This document shows, one piece after another, positions 1 through 14,730 of a DNA stretch of 64,000 nucleotides. Location: positions 70,804,001-70,868,000 of the forward strand of contig OX597831.1 in the NCBI GenBank assembly GCA_951406725.2, given 5' to 3'. The notes under the pieces were generated by a model. That model ran no database searches, was not told where the DNA came from, and worked only from the letters and a program-made list of their open reading frames with translations. The stretch is from Octopus vulgaris (Eukaryota). Position 1 is the first letter of the stretch, and each line of letters starts with the position of its first letter. A program made the translations under genes and the position numbers.

Positions 1-19
1 CAAATAATATCAATAATAA

Positions 20-330
20 CAGCAACAAATATTAAAAAACAGCAACAAATATAACAAAAACAGCAACAAATATGACAAAAACAGCAACAAATATAACAAA
101 AACAGCAACAAATATAACAAAAACAGCAACAAATATAACAAAAACAGCAACAAATATGACAAAAACAGCAACAAATATAACAAAAACAGCAACAAATATA
201 ACAAAAACAGCAACAAATATAACAAAAACAGCAACAAATATAACAAAAACAGCAACAAATATAACAAAAACAACAGCAACAACAGCATCAATAACAACAG
301 CAACAACAGCATCAATAACAACAATAATTA
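20..330. repeat. 21-bp tandem repeat (AAAAACAGCAACAAATATAAC)n
   Basis: About 11-12 visible tandem units. They produce the spurious TKTATNI ORF. Confidence 0.9.
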
Positions 331-1832
331 CAGCTGAACTATCATGTAAAGGGAGCTGTCTCTATAATAATGCTTGATCTGCTTGAAATAGCAGCCAAAT
401 ATTCCTCAGTTCACACTTAATGATTATAATGTGCTCTTGAAATTGTATGGGATGGTCATGGTTTGGAATGGTTTTGGTCATAGGTTTTGTTTGCTCAAAG
501 CTGACCCAGGACTAAATAACAACAACAACAACAACAACATCTATGGCAATAAAAACATTTATATAAAAACATTTATATAAAAATAGTAGCGGTGATATTA
601 ACAACAACAACAACAACAACAGATGAGAAAACAAGAATAGCCACTGCAATAACATCTACAGATAAGAACAACGGATGATAACATCAACAACAAAAACAAT
701 AATAAAGATAGATAAGAACTACCACATCTACTATAACAACAAACACATATTAAAGAAACCCACCCCATTCAACTTGAACACTTCTCCCACCTTACATCTT
801 TCGTCCCCTACCCAACATCTATTCTCCTGTTCTTGCTCATCTCCTTCCTCTTCTTACTCTTCTTCCTTCTCATTACTCTCCTCCTTCACTCTTCACACTT
901 AATATTATCGATTAGTAAGTATTGATCTTAAACTCCCCGCCTTGATGATATCCCTGTCCCCTCCGTCACCATCACGAGTGAGGGAATCTATATGTGGTCA
1001 TGTTATCTGCTAGAAATAACAGTCAAATTTCACAGTAAATTATACTCTGCCATCCTAAATAAAAAAAAATAAAGGATATATTAAAAGGTTCTGAATTCCC
1101 TGCATATAGAAAAAAAAACGGGATGGTCACGGTTGGATAGGCTTTGATCATAGATCTGCTTGATATAAGCTTAGTGGGGTGGGGGCTGATCAGCAACAAT
1201 AACAAGAATAAAAAACATCATCAAAAACATTAACAGTGACAGCAACAATTCCTAACCTGCTAGAAATAGTAGCTAAATTTACCTACCAATTTCAGTGATT
1301 GGACTATGCCCTGCTGGAGCACCCCTTCAAGTGTTTTAGCTATAATACTTTGACAAAACACTATAAAGTGTCTGAGAACATCTACATGATTGCTCAGCCT
1401 GTTAGAAATAGCAGCTAAATTTCCTTCCTATCCTACTCCACTTCCTTTAAAAGCAAAAGGAAAGAAGTGCATTAGATAATGTAGTTTTTGATGCAATAAA
1501 AAAATACATGGGATGGTCATAGCTGGATGGCTTTTTGATCATAAGTCTGTTTGATGAGGTGGGGGGGGGGGGCGGTGAACTAAAAAAAAGCAACACCACC
1601 ACAGCCACCACCTCCCCCACTACAACAACTACAATAACAGCAACAACAATAGAAACAAATGAACACCACCACCACCACCACCACCACCGTTACAACATCA
1701 ACAAGAGCACCATCACCCCCACCTCCACACTACAACTCTCACCGTCTTAACCACAAGACCAGCTTCACCATCTCCGCCTCCATGACAGTCACCACAGCTG
1801 CTGCTGCTGCTGTTTCTTCTTATATTGTTGCA

Positions 1833-1864
<32 letters not shown>

Positions 1865-2051
1865 TACTGCCACTGCTGCTGCTACTGGTGCTGCTTCTCA
1901 GTATCATTAGCGATGCAGAGCTTACAGCGAGAATCTCCACTCTGCAGTTGTTTCGTCAACGCTACCACGTGCACAGTTTGTGTCTGTATGTAAGTGCATC
2001 GAGGGGAAAGCAAGAAAGACAAAGTAGGAGGTGATAGAGTGGTAAAGGGGC

Positions 2052-2094
<43 letters not shown>

Positions 2095-2800
2095 GACAAA
2101 GAGATGTAGAGAGAGAGAGAGCGGGAGAGGTGGAGTATAGAAGATACATGTATCTCCAAGCCGGCTTTCCCTCTCCAGGAATGACAGAGAAGAGATGGAG
2201 AAGGAATATCTATTCTAGCAAACCACCACCAATGCAAGTCTGAGAGTGGAATCTCTGTTTTTTTTTCCTTTGCTGCTGATGGTCTCACAGTGATGAGGAA
2301 ACAACAAGAAAAAAAAAACATACATATATTTACTCACAACAGACACATACACACACACGATGACATGTCAGAACACACACAAACGCAAACCCTCAAGCAT
2401 ACACACATAAATACTTGTGCACGTGTTCAAATAATGCACACTGCAACTAACAAATATTGTCAGAAGAATTTGCTATATCTGCGATAAAAGTATCAAACTA
2501 CAACTGCACAACAGCAACAACAACAAAGAAAAATAAACAACAACAAAAAAATAACAACAACAACAATAATTATATAACCGAGTCAATGAGGGAACCTCTA
2601 CATGGTTGCTAGATTCTGCTAAAAGTAGCAGCTAAAATTCCCTTAAATCACACCCTACTGTCTTTAAAAAAATATTTACACACATTGGAGAATCTAATCT
2701 GAAAAAAGGCTGTTTGAATAAAAGATGGGATAGCCGTGGCTGGAATGTATTTGATTATTAGGTCTACTCAATCGTTGACCTGGGGCTGAAAACAATAACA
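330..2800 (+). mobile_element. Several decayed copies of one dispersed repeat family (approx. 330-530, 980-1200, 1385-1580, 2590-2800)
   Basis: Shared motifs CTGCTAGAAATAGCAGCCAAAT and GGGATGGTCATGGCTGGA..TTGATCATAG, with (CAA)n tails. Inverted copies lie near 25330-25460 and 62340-62620. Confidence 0.6.
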
Positions 2801-4110
2801 TCAATAACAAAAACAATTATATAACAATTACTAACAAAACCATAAAAAGAATTTAATTGCATTAGTTTTTGCTTAGTTACATTTTATTTTTGTTTGTTTT
2901 TGCTTAGTTGTTTGTTATTTCTGTAAACTGCTACATTTGGTGTTTAGTTTATTGTTGCCCTTGTGGCAGCTAAAGAATTCACTTGTTATTATTTACATTA
3001 ATAATAATAATAAAATGAATTATATAATATCACAAATATCCTTTTAATGGTATCAATATTATCACTGAAATTATTATTGTTACTATTTTATCACAATAAA
3101 TATAATAATATTGAACAGAAATCATTCTTTAAAATTTTAGCAAGAGAAGCCACAATTTATTACTGCTCTGATACAGTAAGAAATTACTATTGTTATTTTT
3201 AATGAAATTTATAAATCACTGCAAGAATTTAAAAGAAAAGCATTTTTTCCTGCTAAAAGATCCCTCCCCCCGCCCCGTCAAGTCCAGGAGACCTTACATG
3301 TTGACAAAATGAACATGGAAAGGCATACTTGCCAATAGAACACTAACTGTGAGATTTGTTTTGAAACATGATAATAATAACAATAAACTCTGGGCTTAAG
3401 TACAAACTAATGGAGCAAAGATGGGTTGGAAACGCACAAAGTAAGTTTTCCAAGAATTTCATTCGCTCTTCTACTACATATCCTTGCTTTTCATCTTCTT
3501 GTTATTGTTGTTGTCATGGCAGTAGTAACAGTGGTGACGAATGTCATTGTTTCAGCAAGCATCACATTTTATACACCACTTCATCCACATAGACACACAC
3601 ACATGCAGACACACACACACACACATACATACATAAAAACATACATATGTACATACATGCATATATATGTACATATTTTGATTGTGGTTATATTACGGAA
3701 GCAGTAATGATTTCTAACAAGGCTTACACATTACATATAGGTGTCAAAAGGATAGTAAACTCATCAATCTCAGTACATATCTTATTTATATATTGTTTTC
3801 AGTCCTAGGATAGATGAAAGACAGTGTTAACCTCGGCAGGATTTGAACTCAGAATGTAAACTGATGCAAAACAAACGAGTAGGAATATTTGCTGAAAGTA
3901 GATGGAATGGCTGAAATGGTACGGATGCCAGCTTAGAAACATTGCTGTATTTACTTTTAATTTACTGCATCCTGAGTTCAAATTCTTCCCCTGTCAACTT
4001 TGCTACTCACCTCTGGTAGGTCAACAAAAAAAGTACCCATATTTATGGTCTTCTAATGATGTGAAAAACCAACATCATCATCATCATTGTCATCATAATA
4101 ATGATGATAA

Positions 4111-4161
<51 letters not shown>

Positions 4162-4167
4162 TACTAC

Positions 4168-4207
<40 letters not shown>

Positions 4208-4330
4208 GGTTGACTTTGCCTGTCATTCTCTTAGGGTTGATAAAATAAGTACCAGTTAAGTACTGGGGGTCAATATAATTGATTCCTCCCTCTCCTCAAA
4301 AACTGCTGGCCCTGTGCCAAGAATCTGAAG

Positions 4331-4363
<33 letters not shown>

Positions 4364-4833
4364 TCAGGATTATGGAATTGCAGAATCGGTAGGGTCGGAT
4401 AAAAATATGGAAATGCTAGTATATAGTTATGCCCCTTTAAATTTCTGTGTTCCTACTGAGGTCATCTTTGCTTATTTTCTTTCTGGGGTCGATGATACTG
4501 ACTTATTACCACCTCTCAAAATTGCTGGCCTTGTGCCTAGATCAGAAACAATTATTACTATCATTCATGATGATGTTGATGATGTTGATGATGATGATGA
4601 TGATGACGATGATGACGATGATGAAGATAGACCCAGCCACTACAGTTGTGTATCTGGCTAAATGCCTTGCCCTCTCTTTCACCTCCACCTCAAGTTACTG
4701 AGGGATGCCTGTCATCCTTCAATAAGAAATGCTACTGTTACAGTAATATATTGGGGCCTGATTCAACAAATAGTCTTCTTGCCTGTAGCAAATGACCTTG
4801 TGCTTCATTGAGAAATCACTGTTATTACCACCT

Positions 4834-5282
4834 GTGTGGTAAGAAGCTTGTTTCCCAACTACATGGTTCCAGGTTCAGCCCTACCGCATAGGACCTTGGG
4901 TAAGTGTCTTCAACTATGGCCTCAGGCTGACCAAGATTTCATGGAAGGATATGGTATACAGAAACTGAAAAAAAAACCCATCATGTATGTGTTTGTATGT
5001 GTGCGAGCATGTGCATGCATGTGTGTGTGTGTGTATGCATGAATGTGTATGTGTGTATGTGTGTGTGTGCGTGTATGTGTTTGTCACCCACTTTCACATG
5101 ACAACCAGTGTCGATGTGTTTATGTTCCCATAACTTAGCAGTTTGGCCAAGGAGACCGATAGAATAGGTACCAGGCTTAAAAACATAGTACTGGGGTTGA
5201 TTCATTCAACTAAAGATTCTTCAAAGTAGTGCCCCAGCATGGCCGTAGTCTAATGTCTGAAACAAGTAAAAGATAAAAGAGA
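4834..5282 (+). mobile_element. tRNA-derived SINE family A, diverged copy
   Basis: Same head, internal microsatellite and tail as the copy at 27735-28152. Confidence 0.8.
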
Positions 5283-7016
5283 AGATACAGGGGAAGATGC
5301 AGTTGGCAGAATCAGTAGAGCATCAGAGGGAAATAATTTGGGATAGATATAATAACATCTTTTTAAGTTGTGAGTTTAAATCCCAGTGAGGTTAATTTTT
5401 GCCTTGCATATTTCTCGGTCATAAAAAAAGAAAAATTAATTAGTAACAGTCACGTACTGATGTCACTAAACCAAACATATCATTCTCCAGAGATGCAGTA
5501 AAACAAATCAACATCTAAATACAGCGCTTTAATTCTGAGTTCAAATTCTACCAAGGTTAACTTAAATTTTTAACCACCCAAGGTCAATAAACCAAGTGAC
5601 AGTAATGTATTGTATCGCCAATTAAAAGTTGACAATACTCTATCAAGTTGTGACTTTGGACAATATAAAAAAAAAAAAAAAAAAAAGCCTACTTTTCATC
5701 ATCATCATCATCATAATCAGTTGTCAACATCCTTTGGAAAGTCATGAACCTCACAACTTCTTTTTACTTTCCCCCAGTTTGAAGTTTTATAAATTGTTTT
5801 CTTAACCATCAACTTTTTTTTTTTAAACTTGTAATAGATTTTCTTATCGTCCTTTCTTCTTTATTCTTCTTCTCTACTTTCTTCTCTCTTCTTCTGTCTT
5901 TCTTTTCTTCTTCTTTTACTTCTTTCTGTAAATTTTCAATTGCCTGTCGTAGTTTGTCAAGGTTTTTTCTTTCCTGTTTCTGGTGCTCATTTATCAAATA
6001 CAGAAGTAATCATCATCATCATCATCATCATTATAAGATATAACAACCATGTTGTCTGTCGTACCATGAACTCTAAGGGTCAGTGTACATAAATAACTGT
6101 TGCTTTCTTGAATGTAGTTATTGCAGCTGAAGTTATTATTGTTGTTGTTGTTGTGGTGGTGATAATGGATTGGCAGTTGGGAATATAGTTTGTTTTTTTT
6201 TTGTTTTTTTTTTTGTAGTTCTAACTGCAGATTATCAATGAATGCCCTGTTTTATTTCAGCACGTGAACCCCCTTTCAATAACTAATCCCTTTACACAAC
6301 TAAATCGAACTTAATTAGGAACAGTTATTGCTTTGAAACTAATTGGGACTACAGGAAGGTCTTGTTGCCTTTGTTGCCCCAAAGATAGTCAGATTGATGC
6401 TGGCCACAACATCTCATTTACACTCCATCGTTCTCTTGCTTACACCTAACATTCCGCATCGTTACATTTACCATTGTTGATTTTGTTACTGTTGTTGTTG
6501 TTATTGTTGTTATTATTATTGTCACTTTTGTTACAGTTATTGCTACATTGCTGGTGTTCTTGTTTATGCTGTTGCTGTTAAAGTTGTTGTTATTGTTATT
6601 ATTGCAGTTGTTATTACAGTTGCAGTTGTTAATGTTGTTGCTGTTGTTACTATTGTCACTGTCGTTATTGTTGTTGTTACAGTTGTCAACCAGGCAAAAC
6701 CAGGTTTTGCATATCAGACTAAGCAGCCATTCGTTCGTTTGTGTATTCTGAATTTCAAATTCTGCTGAGGTCAGCTTTGTCTTTCGTCCTTTTAAGATCG
6801 ATAAAGCAAGTACCAATTAAGCACTGGGATGGACGTAATCCACTTACACCCTCCTTCAAACTTACTAACCTTCTACCAAAGTTTGAAGCCAGTAGTGTTG
6901 CTCTTCTCGTTGTCATTGCTGTTGTTGTTATTATTATCTTTGTTTATTACTGTTGTTATTGTTCTTGGTGTTACTATCGTTATTATTGTTGTTCTGGTTT
7001 CTATATTCATCAGTTA

Positions 7017-7245
7017 GGTAGCGAGCTGGCAGAACTGTTAGCACGCCGGGCGAAATGCGTATCCGTATTTCGTCTGTCGTTACGTTGTGAGTTCAAATTC
7101 CGCCGAGGTCGACTTTGCCTTTCATCCTTTCGGGATCGATAAATAAAGTACCTATTACGCACTGGGGTCGATGTAATCGACTTAATCCATTTGTCTGTCC
7201 TTGTTTGTCCCCTTGTGTTTAACCCCTTGTGGGCAATAAAGAAAT
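7017..7245 (+). mobile_element. tRNA-derived SINE family B with probable TSD
   Basis: A box TGGCAGAACTGTT and B box GAGTTCAAATTCC. The central GCCTTTCATCCTTTCGGGATCGATAAA..AGTACC resembles the Nin/Deu domain. CATCAGTTAG occurs on both sides. Many decayed copies lie in 3770-7550. Confidence 0.85.
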
Positions 7246-7847
7246 ATATATACATCAGTTAGCTATACTTTGTGATAAAAGACGTGGAATACAAGTTTGG
7301 ATTAGTTCACAGATGGGTTTCATCATTTATTTCACCAAGGGAGGTGGTTCGGCAGAATTGTTAGAGCATCAGAGAAAGTGCCTTGCAGCATTCATTCTGT
7401 CTTTTTATATTCAGAGTTCAAATTCCACCGAGAAGAACATTACTAGACCAACAAAAGCCCTGTGGCCATTGTTTATATTCCTTTGCATTCTGAGTTCAAT
7501 CCTCATTGTAAACAGTCTTTGTCTTTCATCCCTCCAGGGTTGATAAAATAAAGCAACATATTTTACAAACAAATAAATTTGAGGCATCGTCTATAGACTT
7601 ATTTATATACTTATTTACTTTATATCACAACTTATGTAGAATAATGCCATTGGTTAAAGCATTCTTATAGGACAAAACATTGCTTTCCGACTGTGAGAAT
7701 AACAAGAAATTACATGCAACTTGTTGCAGAACAAATGTCATAAAAGCCTTTGTTCAAGGTGCATCACTTCTTTGGTGTTCTTGTTTATATTTTATATCCT
7801 TCACTGATACATACATCCATCCATCCATCCATACATACATACATACA

Positions 7848-7881
<34 letters not shown>

Positions 7882-7961
7882 CATACATACGTACATACAT
7901 ACATACATATATATACATACATACACACATACATACATACACACACACACACATACACATA

Positions 7962-8022
<61 letters not shown>

Positions 8023-8038
8023 TAATATCAATAGTCAA

Positions 8039-8099
8039 GATAAAACGCTGAGTTTCAGATGCCGAAGTGGAAATCTACAACACCATCTCTTCGGTTTTC
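8039..8099 (-). ncRNA. Degenerate hammerhead ribozyme motif
   Basis: The minus strand reads CCGAAGA-gatg...catc-t-GAAA-ctcagcg-UU. The core carries a U4C change and stem I is weak. Confidence 0.4.
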
Positions 8100-8510
8100 A
8101 TGTATATACATATGTTTAGGTGTATATATACTGATACATACGTATATACACAGACATATATACATTTGGAATTATATATATATGTGTATTGTGTGTGTGT
8201 GTGTTTTGAAATTTATTATAAAATTTGTATATGTATACCATAAAAATTGTATCAGATATATATGTATGTGTGTGTGTGTAAATATATATATATATACATA
8301 ATCAAGGAACGCCATAATAGGCCATTCACCACTATATATTTAACCGCAAAATAACATAATACGTAAACCAGGATTGAAAAACTTTTATACAGGGTAAAAG
8401 TTTTCATATTTATATATGTTATATTAGTGGTTAAGCGTTCCTGTTTGATGTTGAACATATATATTATATTTTCCCATATATATACAAAATTTTTTTGCCA
8501 CCCTATATTG

Positions 8511-8559
<49 letters not shown>

Positions 8560-8574
8560 GTATATATTATCATA

Positions 8575-8610
<36 letters not shown>

Positions 8611-8804
8611 CACATATATATATACACACATATATATATATATATATATAGACATACATATATATACATACATATAATATATGGTATATGCGGGATAAAT
8701 AAATGTGTGTAAAGATATATGTGTGTGTGTATTATATATATGTGTATATATTATATTTATATATTATATTTATATTTATATATTGAATACATATATATAT
8801 ATAC

Positions 8805-8911
<107 letters not shown>

Positions 8912-8917
8912 GCATAG

Positions 8918-8955
<38 letters not shown>

Positions 8956-8958
<3 letters not shown>

Positions 8959-9072
8959 TACAGCCATATCACATTAAAAGCACCAGTTTTCATCTGATCA
9001 CTGAAGTTAAGCAACATCGAGCCTAATGAGTACTTAAACAGGTGACCACTTGAGAAACGTAGGTGTATAAGC
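8956..9072 (+). pseudogene. 5S rRNA-derived pseudogene or SINE3-like head
   Basis: CAGCCATATCAC..AAAGCACCAGTT..CTGATCACTGAAGTTAAGCAAC..AGTACTT..GGTGACC is collinear with metazoan 5S rRNA, with CpG-type decay. Confidence 0.85.
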
Positions 9073-9159
9073 CTCTCACACCTTTATACGCACAGGAGTG
9101 GCTGTGTTATAAGTGCTTGGTTACCAACCACATTGTTCCTGATGTGTTGTTTCATGGTC

Positions 9160-11113
9160 TGGACATAGATCTATGGGCATAGAGAAGCTGCACCACAGGA
9201 ACATGAAAGAGTGGAAAAACTCCTCAATGCACACATGTGGTGCAACATATTCCAACATATGAAAAGGACAGCACACAATTACCAAGCTTCCAACAATGAT
9301 GTTCCTGCACTATACGGGTTACGCAAAGACCATAAACCCTACATAAACCCTGTCATGGGTCCCCCAACCAGACCAGTTTGTGGGGCCAATATCTCCAGCA
9401 ACTACAGACTGTCCTAATTCCTCTCACAGGTATTATGACCTCTCATAGAAATGTCTCTAGATGTCTGTGTGAGCACGGAAGATCTCAGTAAAATTAGTAC
9501 TTGCAACGACTCCAACGATCTCATAAGTTGTGTGATGGGTAGTATGGATGTGATTTCACTCTACCCATCAATAGGCATAGATTTTGCTGTGGAGAAATGC
9601 ATTTAGGTAATCTGTGAGAGTGGAGTAGAGTTCCGTAAGGTCAACACAAGGGATCAGGAGCTCATCCTTAAACTAAGCTACGACAGTGACTATTTAGATG
9701 ACTATGACCTCAGTAGATTCTGCCCCACCAGGTCACAGAGGGGAGGCCCACCCACCTCAGCAGTGAAGAAAAGCACCACAGAGCTCTGGAGTGGCTTGAC
9801 TGCACCCACCCAAAACTCTGACATCAACAATCAGGTGGAAGAAATTATTGCACATGCAATAGGGGCCAGTGTAAAAACCACATTGAAGAACCACATAATA
9901 AAGTTTAACAAAAAACTTTACATGCAGGTTAAAGGTGCAGCCATCGGTGTCGGTGTGGCTGGAGATGTGGTCGGCCTCTTCATGACCTGGTGGGACAGAA
10001 AACTCAAGCATTTGTTAGCAGAACAGTCCACAACTCTTCTACTTTACAGTAGATATGCAAATGACATTAACATAATAGTTAAAACCAATTCTTGTAACAG
10101 TAGTGTAGAAACTGAGTGGAACGTAATGGATAGCATCCAGCAAGTAGTTAACTCAATCCACCGAAGTATCAAGATGACTATAGATTACCCCACTAGGCAC
10201 CCCAACAATAGACTCCCCGTCCTTGATACTGAACTTTGGTTAGAAGCTGTTAACAATAGAGTGCAGCTCTTCCACTCCTATTACATGAAACCCATAGCTT
10301 CTAAATATGTTGTTCACAAGAACTCAGCTTTGTCACACAAAATGAAAATTAACATACTGATAGCAGACTTAGTTAAGATAATGAACAACATGTCCCCACT
10401 ATGCAAACCCTATGAAACAAAAAAACATATACAGAACTTCATGCACCACATGCAATTATCTGGATATGATCAGAAAGATAAGGTTCGAGTATACAGGGGT
10501 GCTAGAAAGAAATTAGATAACATTATATGTAATGATGCCAGTGATATCTGCCCTAGATATAGAAACAAAGACTGGAATAGGATACAAAGAACTTGTGACA
10601 AAGCAAACAAGGCAAGCACGTGGTATAAAACTGTCATATATCAAGGAGTGATGTTTGTAGAGGCCACAGCCTATGGAGAACTAGATTTAGGAAAGCTCTG
10701 AAGGAGACCAAACTCAACATTAAGATTGTTAAAAAGCCAGGGAACTATGTAGAACGTACCCCTTTGAGAATACCATATGCACAATGATAACTGCATGGTA
10801 TGTAGGATTAGCACTGGCATTAACTGTAGAACTAGAAATGTAGTTTACAGCATAAGACATGAACATGACATACATAGGGGAGACATCTAGGAGCATTGCA
10901 GAATGACTAAATGAACATATGAGACAATATGACAACCAAAAACAGTCCTCCATACTCAACCAATATGTCAAGGACCAACATGGAGGCAATCTGTGTCAAC
11001 TTGAGATCTGCATCTTATCCAAGCACCCAAAGGACCCAACACTCAGACAAATACAGGAGTACATCCTCATAAATGAAACTTCCCCAATACTAAATAGGAA
11101 ATATACAGAGTAG
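9160..11113 (+). mobile_element. Penelope-like retroelement (RT plus C-terminal GIY-YIG endonuclease), 5'-truncated and decayed
   Basis: RT motifs LYGLRKDHK..PPTRPVCGA, GSMDVISLYPSI, QVKGAAIG, YSRYANDI (catalytic DD lost), LPVLD and YMKP. These are followed by CMVC..CRTRNVVY..YIGETSR..EH and RQIQE..I..P.LN. Stops and frameshifts are present. Confidence 0.9.
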
Positions 11114-11917
11114 ATATCATAGCCCCATACTCACAGTTTACACAGGTAGAATAGAATAGTGAGTGGGCTGTTATGTAGATGGATGTGTGTATGAGTCTTT
11201 GTGTCGGTGTATGTATATATATATATATATATGTATATGCACATGTATGTAAGCATATGGATATGAAAGTAAACAGATTAACATACAGACGGATAGGTAC
11301 ATAGGTTATATAAACAGACAAGCACACATACACAAATGAAGACTGAAACACATGGCCATATAGATACACACACACTTTACTTCACACAGACACATATGGA
11401 GACACACATCTGCACATATGGAGACACACATCCGCACATATGGAGATACACATCCATACATACAAACAGAGTACATAGTTGCAAAACACACACAGACTCA
11501 GACACACACACACACACACATACATAAAAACACACAAACACAGACATGCAAACACATGAATATGCAGAATACATACAAATGCACACATACACATACATAC
11601 ATACATACACACACATGCGTACATACATACATACATACATACATACATACATACATACATGCATGTGTCTGCACACACACACACTAACCTACACATATGC
11701 ACACAAACAAAAAAAGTGCAGTGTGAATAACAGACAGTCAAAACTATTGAAAAGGTTGCAAGACGCAATGAAAATTTTTTGAAAAATAAAGAAGAAATAA
11801 GTGGAAATTTTACCAATGAGTGTGTTAAAAGAGAATGACTCTCCCCAGACACAGCAGAATATGCTTCAAGACACGAACTCACATAAAGAATCTTGCAAAC
11901 CAAATCCAAAAACGAAA

Positions 11918-11953
<36 letters not shown>

Positions 11954-12609
11954 TGTATGTGTATATACGTGTATGTATGTGTATATATGTGTGTGTTTGA
12001 GTGCATGTGTATGCACACACACACACACTGCGCAATTACTACACACTCATAGATAAATGGCTGGATGGATGCCCAGCTCCATGGTTAAGAACTTTACTTT
12101 AAACTCATGAGTTTGATCCAACTGCATAGTATCTTGGCCAATTGTTTTTTTACTTAACCACAGTCTCACTGACTATGTAGAAACCTGTCTGATGGACTGT
12201 ATATAATTCAAAGAGTTAGCCTTGGTCCACAGAAAACATGTCTCAAAAAAAAACAGAATATGTGTCTCAAGATAAAGACAAAATGTATCTTAAAATAAGG
12301 ACTATATGAAGTCCATAGACAATTATTGAAAGAATGAGCGAAATGAAGCCCAATGCATCACTGATACGTATGGCAGCTTATTATTTCTTAAATACAAAAT
12401 TCCATGAAGAACCAGTAAGAAGTCTTTATCCTTGGTATGTAAATTACTGGTGCTTATTTTAAATCAAACCAGTAAACTGAGGGATAAAGCCCAGGACTTG
12501 AACTTAGAAACTAGAGGAAGTAATTATTAAAACTATTTATGTTCAGTTCGTGAATTTTACACTACTAATACTACTACTAATGATGATGATGATGAAGATG
12601 ATGAGATCT

Positions 12610-13800
12610 GGTCCCCACCAAAACATATGTAGAGCTATAATTTGTTTGCCAATAACATACAAACTGCTCATACCTACAGTCTGTAACAAGATGGTTCCTC
12701 ACCTGGAGAGCAATAACATCTTACCAGAGAAGCAGAAATGAGGCTACAAAGGGTTGTATGTACAGTTCTTCAATACTTAACAGCGTTTATACTATACAAT
12801 ACTTCTCAGCAATCAATGCATGCCATATTAAAGGTTTGTTCTCCCCTTTTAGTACTTTGTACAAGTTCAACAACTTCTGCACTTTTGCACAACAGGGTTA
12901 TGCTATTAATAGGGGAAGTAGGGAATGCGAAGAAAGAGGATGAAATAGTGTCACTGAATAAATCAAGAGAAGTTAAAAGTAATTAAGGACAAGACAAGGA
13001 AAAAAGGTGAAAGGTTTTTAGGGAATTTACTTTGTTAAGAAATCTCAAAAATTGATTTTGTGCACCGGCACATTGAAGACACTGTATTTAAATAAAACAG
13101 TTCCAACTCTATGAAAGTACCTCAACTATGATATATCAAAATGCAAAACCATATACCACCACAAGGTGAAGAGAAAATGAATAAATCCCTCCTGGTAGCC
13201 ATAAGATTAGGAATCTTTCAGAGAAACTCCTTCTCCTCTCCAGTCTTCTCCTTAGCTTTGATATTATTAAAATTTGTGGAGAAAAACCACTGACTGTCAC
13301 AAATTCTACTGACAAATTATGTTATCTACTCTACATAGATAGCTTAAAACTTGTTAAAAAGAATAACACTCAACTGGAGAACCAACTAAAAATTCTTCAT
13401 AGATTTTGCCGAAATATAAAGATAAATGTGGAAAAAATTGTTATTAAAAAAAACAGGTAGATGCCAATAGCATTTGATGACATTAAATTAGATCCAACTG
13501 CATGATGTTAGGAAATATTTTAAAATAGAAGTTATTGATTAGGTATAACACAGAAATTAAGGAAGAAAATGAGAAAAAGGTACAATAGAACCTGAACTCA
13601 ATCTTAGCAATAAATAGATATAAACACAAACGTACCCTAATAAAATAGAAGTTCAATGAATTGAAGTGACAACATTGAAAACCTAGGAAACAAGGGTGTG
13701 ATGAACTGCTCCACAGACAAGCTGTGATTTTGAGGATGCTTATGTATCCCACACACTGGGACTGAAAAGATGGTTAGAAGCAAGACAAGGAAACTGATTG
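12610..13800 (+). mobile_element. Highly decayed non-LTR retrotransposon RT, R4/Dong-like
   Basis: ICRAIICLPITYKLL..HLESNNILPEKQK, with remnants of GIFQGDSLSP (~13210-13260) and HLLYMDDLKL (~13325-13350). Confidence 0.6.
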
Positions 13801-13893
13801 GCATAATAAACAAACGTGGCTGTAAAAAAATGATGGAATGGTCATGGCTGGAATATATTATATATTTGCTCATAATTCCACTGGATAAGGCCT

Positions 13894-14185
13894 CATGGCT
13901 CGGCTTCCCAAACGAAGATCAGGAAGGCTGTCCATGTTGCGTGCATGCACGCTCATGACTGATAAGTCCAATATGGGAAAGGCAGGTCCGTAAGCAGTGT
14001 CCACAGACGAAGGTAACATCCGGTGTTGTGTCAGAGGCGGCTCGCGCCTTCCTCCTGCGTCTCTTGTCTTTAAGGGCATCTCTTCTTAGTTCCTCAAAAT
14101 TGCTGACTGCGTTGAAGATCGTGTGGCGCCAGACATCACGGTCCACAGCCAGGTCTGACCAGCATTGGTGGTTAATTTGACATGC
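13894..14185 (-). mobile_element. RTE-type LINE 3' fragment
   Basis: W..LAVDRDVWR..KRRRRKAR..FVCGHCLRTCLSHIGLISHERAC, a terminal C2H2 motif, followed by a short 3' UTR. Confidence 0.8.
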
Positions 14186-14730
14186 TATTAAATAACAACA
14201 ACAACTATTAACCAGAACCATTGAGAAAATTGTTGTATTTAACTTCAAAAAAAAACAAGATAATAAAACAATGAATGATAATTTCTAATATAAACAGAAG
14301 ACCATACATTTGTTTTTTCTTTGTGAGGACATTGTTAACTAACACAGATACTTGTACATATTGATTTTTATTTTATATTTCTGTTAGTGAAAAAGTGAGT
14401 CATTGGTCACTACTTTCCATTGAGCCAGGCTGTGGTTCATTGTATATGACAAGGGAGTATTTAAAACTCAGTGTGTAACAAATATCAAAAAGTATTTTGC
14501 CTGAAGATCCTAGTCATTCACTTTTCTACGCATTGATTGCATCAGTGTTTCCCAAAATTTATTGGGAAGCCACCCGATTAGCATCCATGCCACATTCCTA
14601 GACCCTCACCCAAACACCCACCCAACTCACCACCACAAGAGGAGACCACTTTCTGCAGCAAATTCCAAACAACTGTATTTCACAAATAAAATTTAACTTA
14701 ATCAATCCATTATTTCATTGTTTTTACACT

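Noticed and set aside
5809-5997. K/E-rich coiled-coil-like ORF
   Set aside because: It is low-complexity purine-rich sequence with no recognisable domain or clear splice sites.
11330-11360. TGAAGActGAAA downstream of the Penelope ORF
   Set aside because: It lacks C3 and stems and sits in microsatellite-like sequence.
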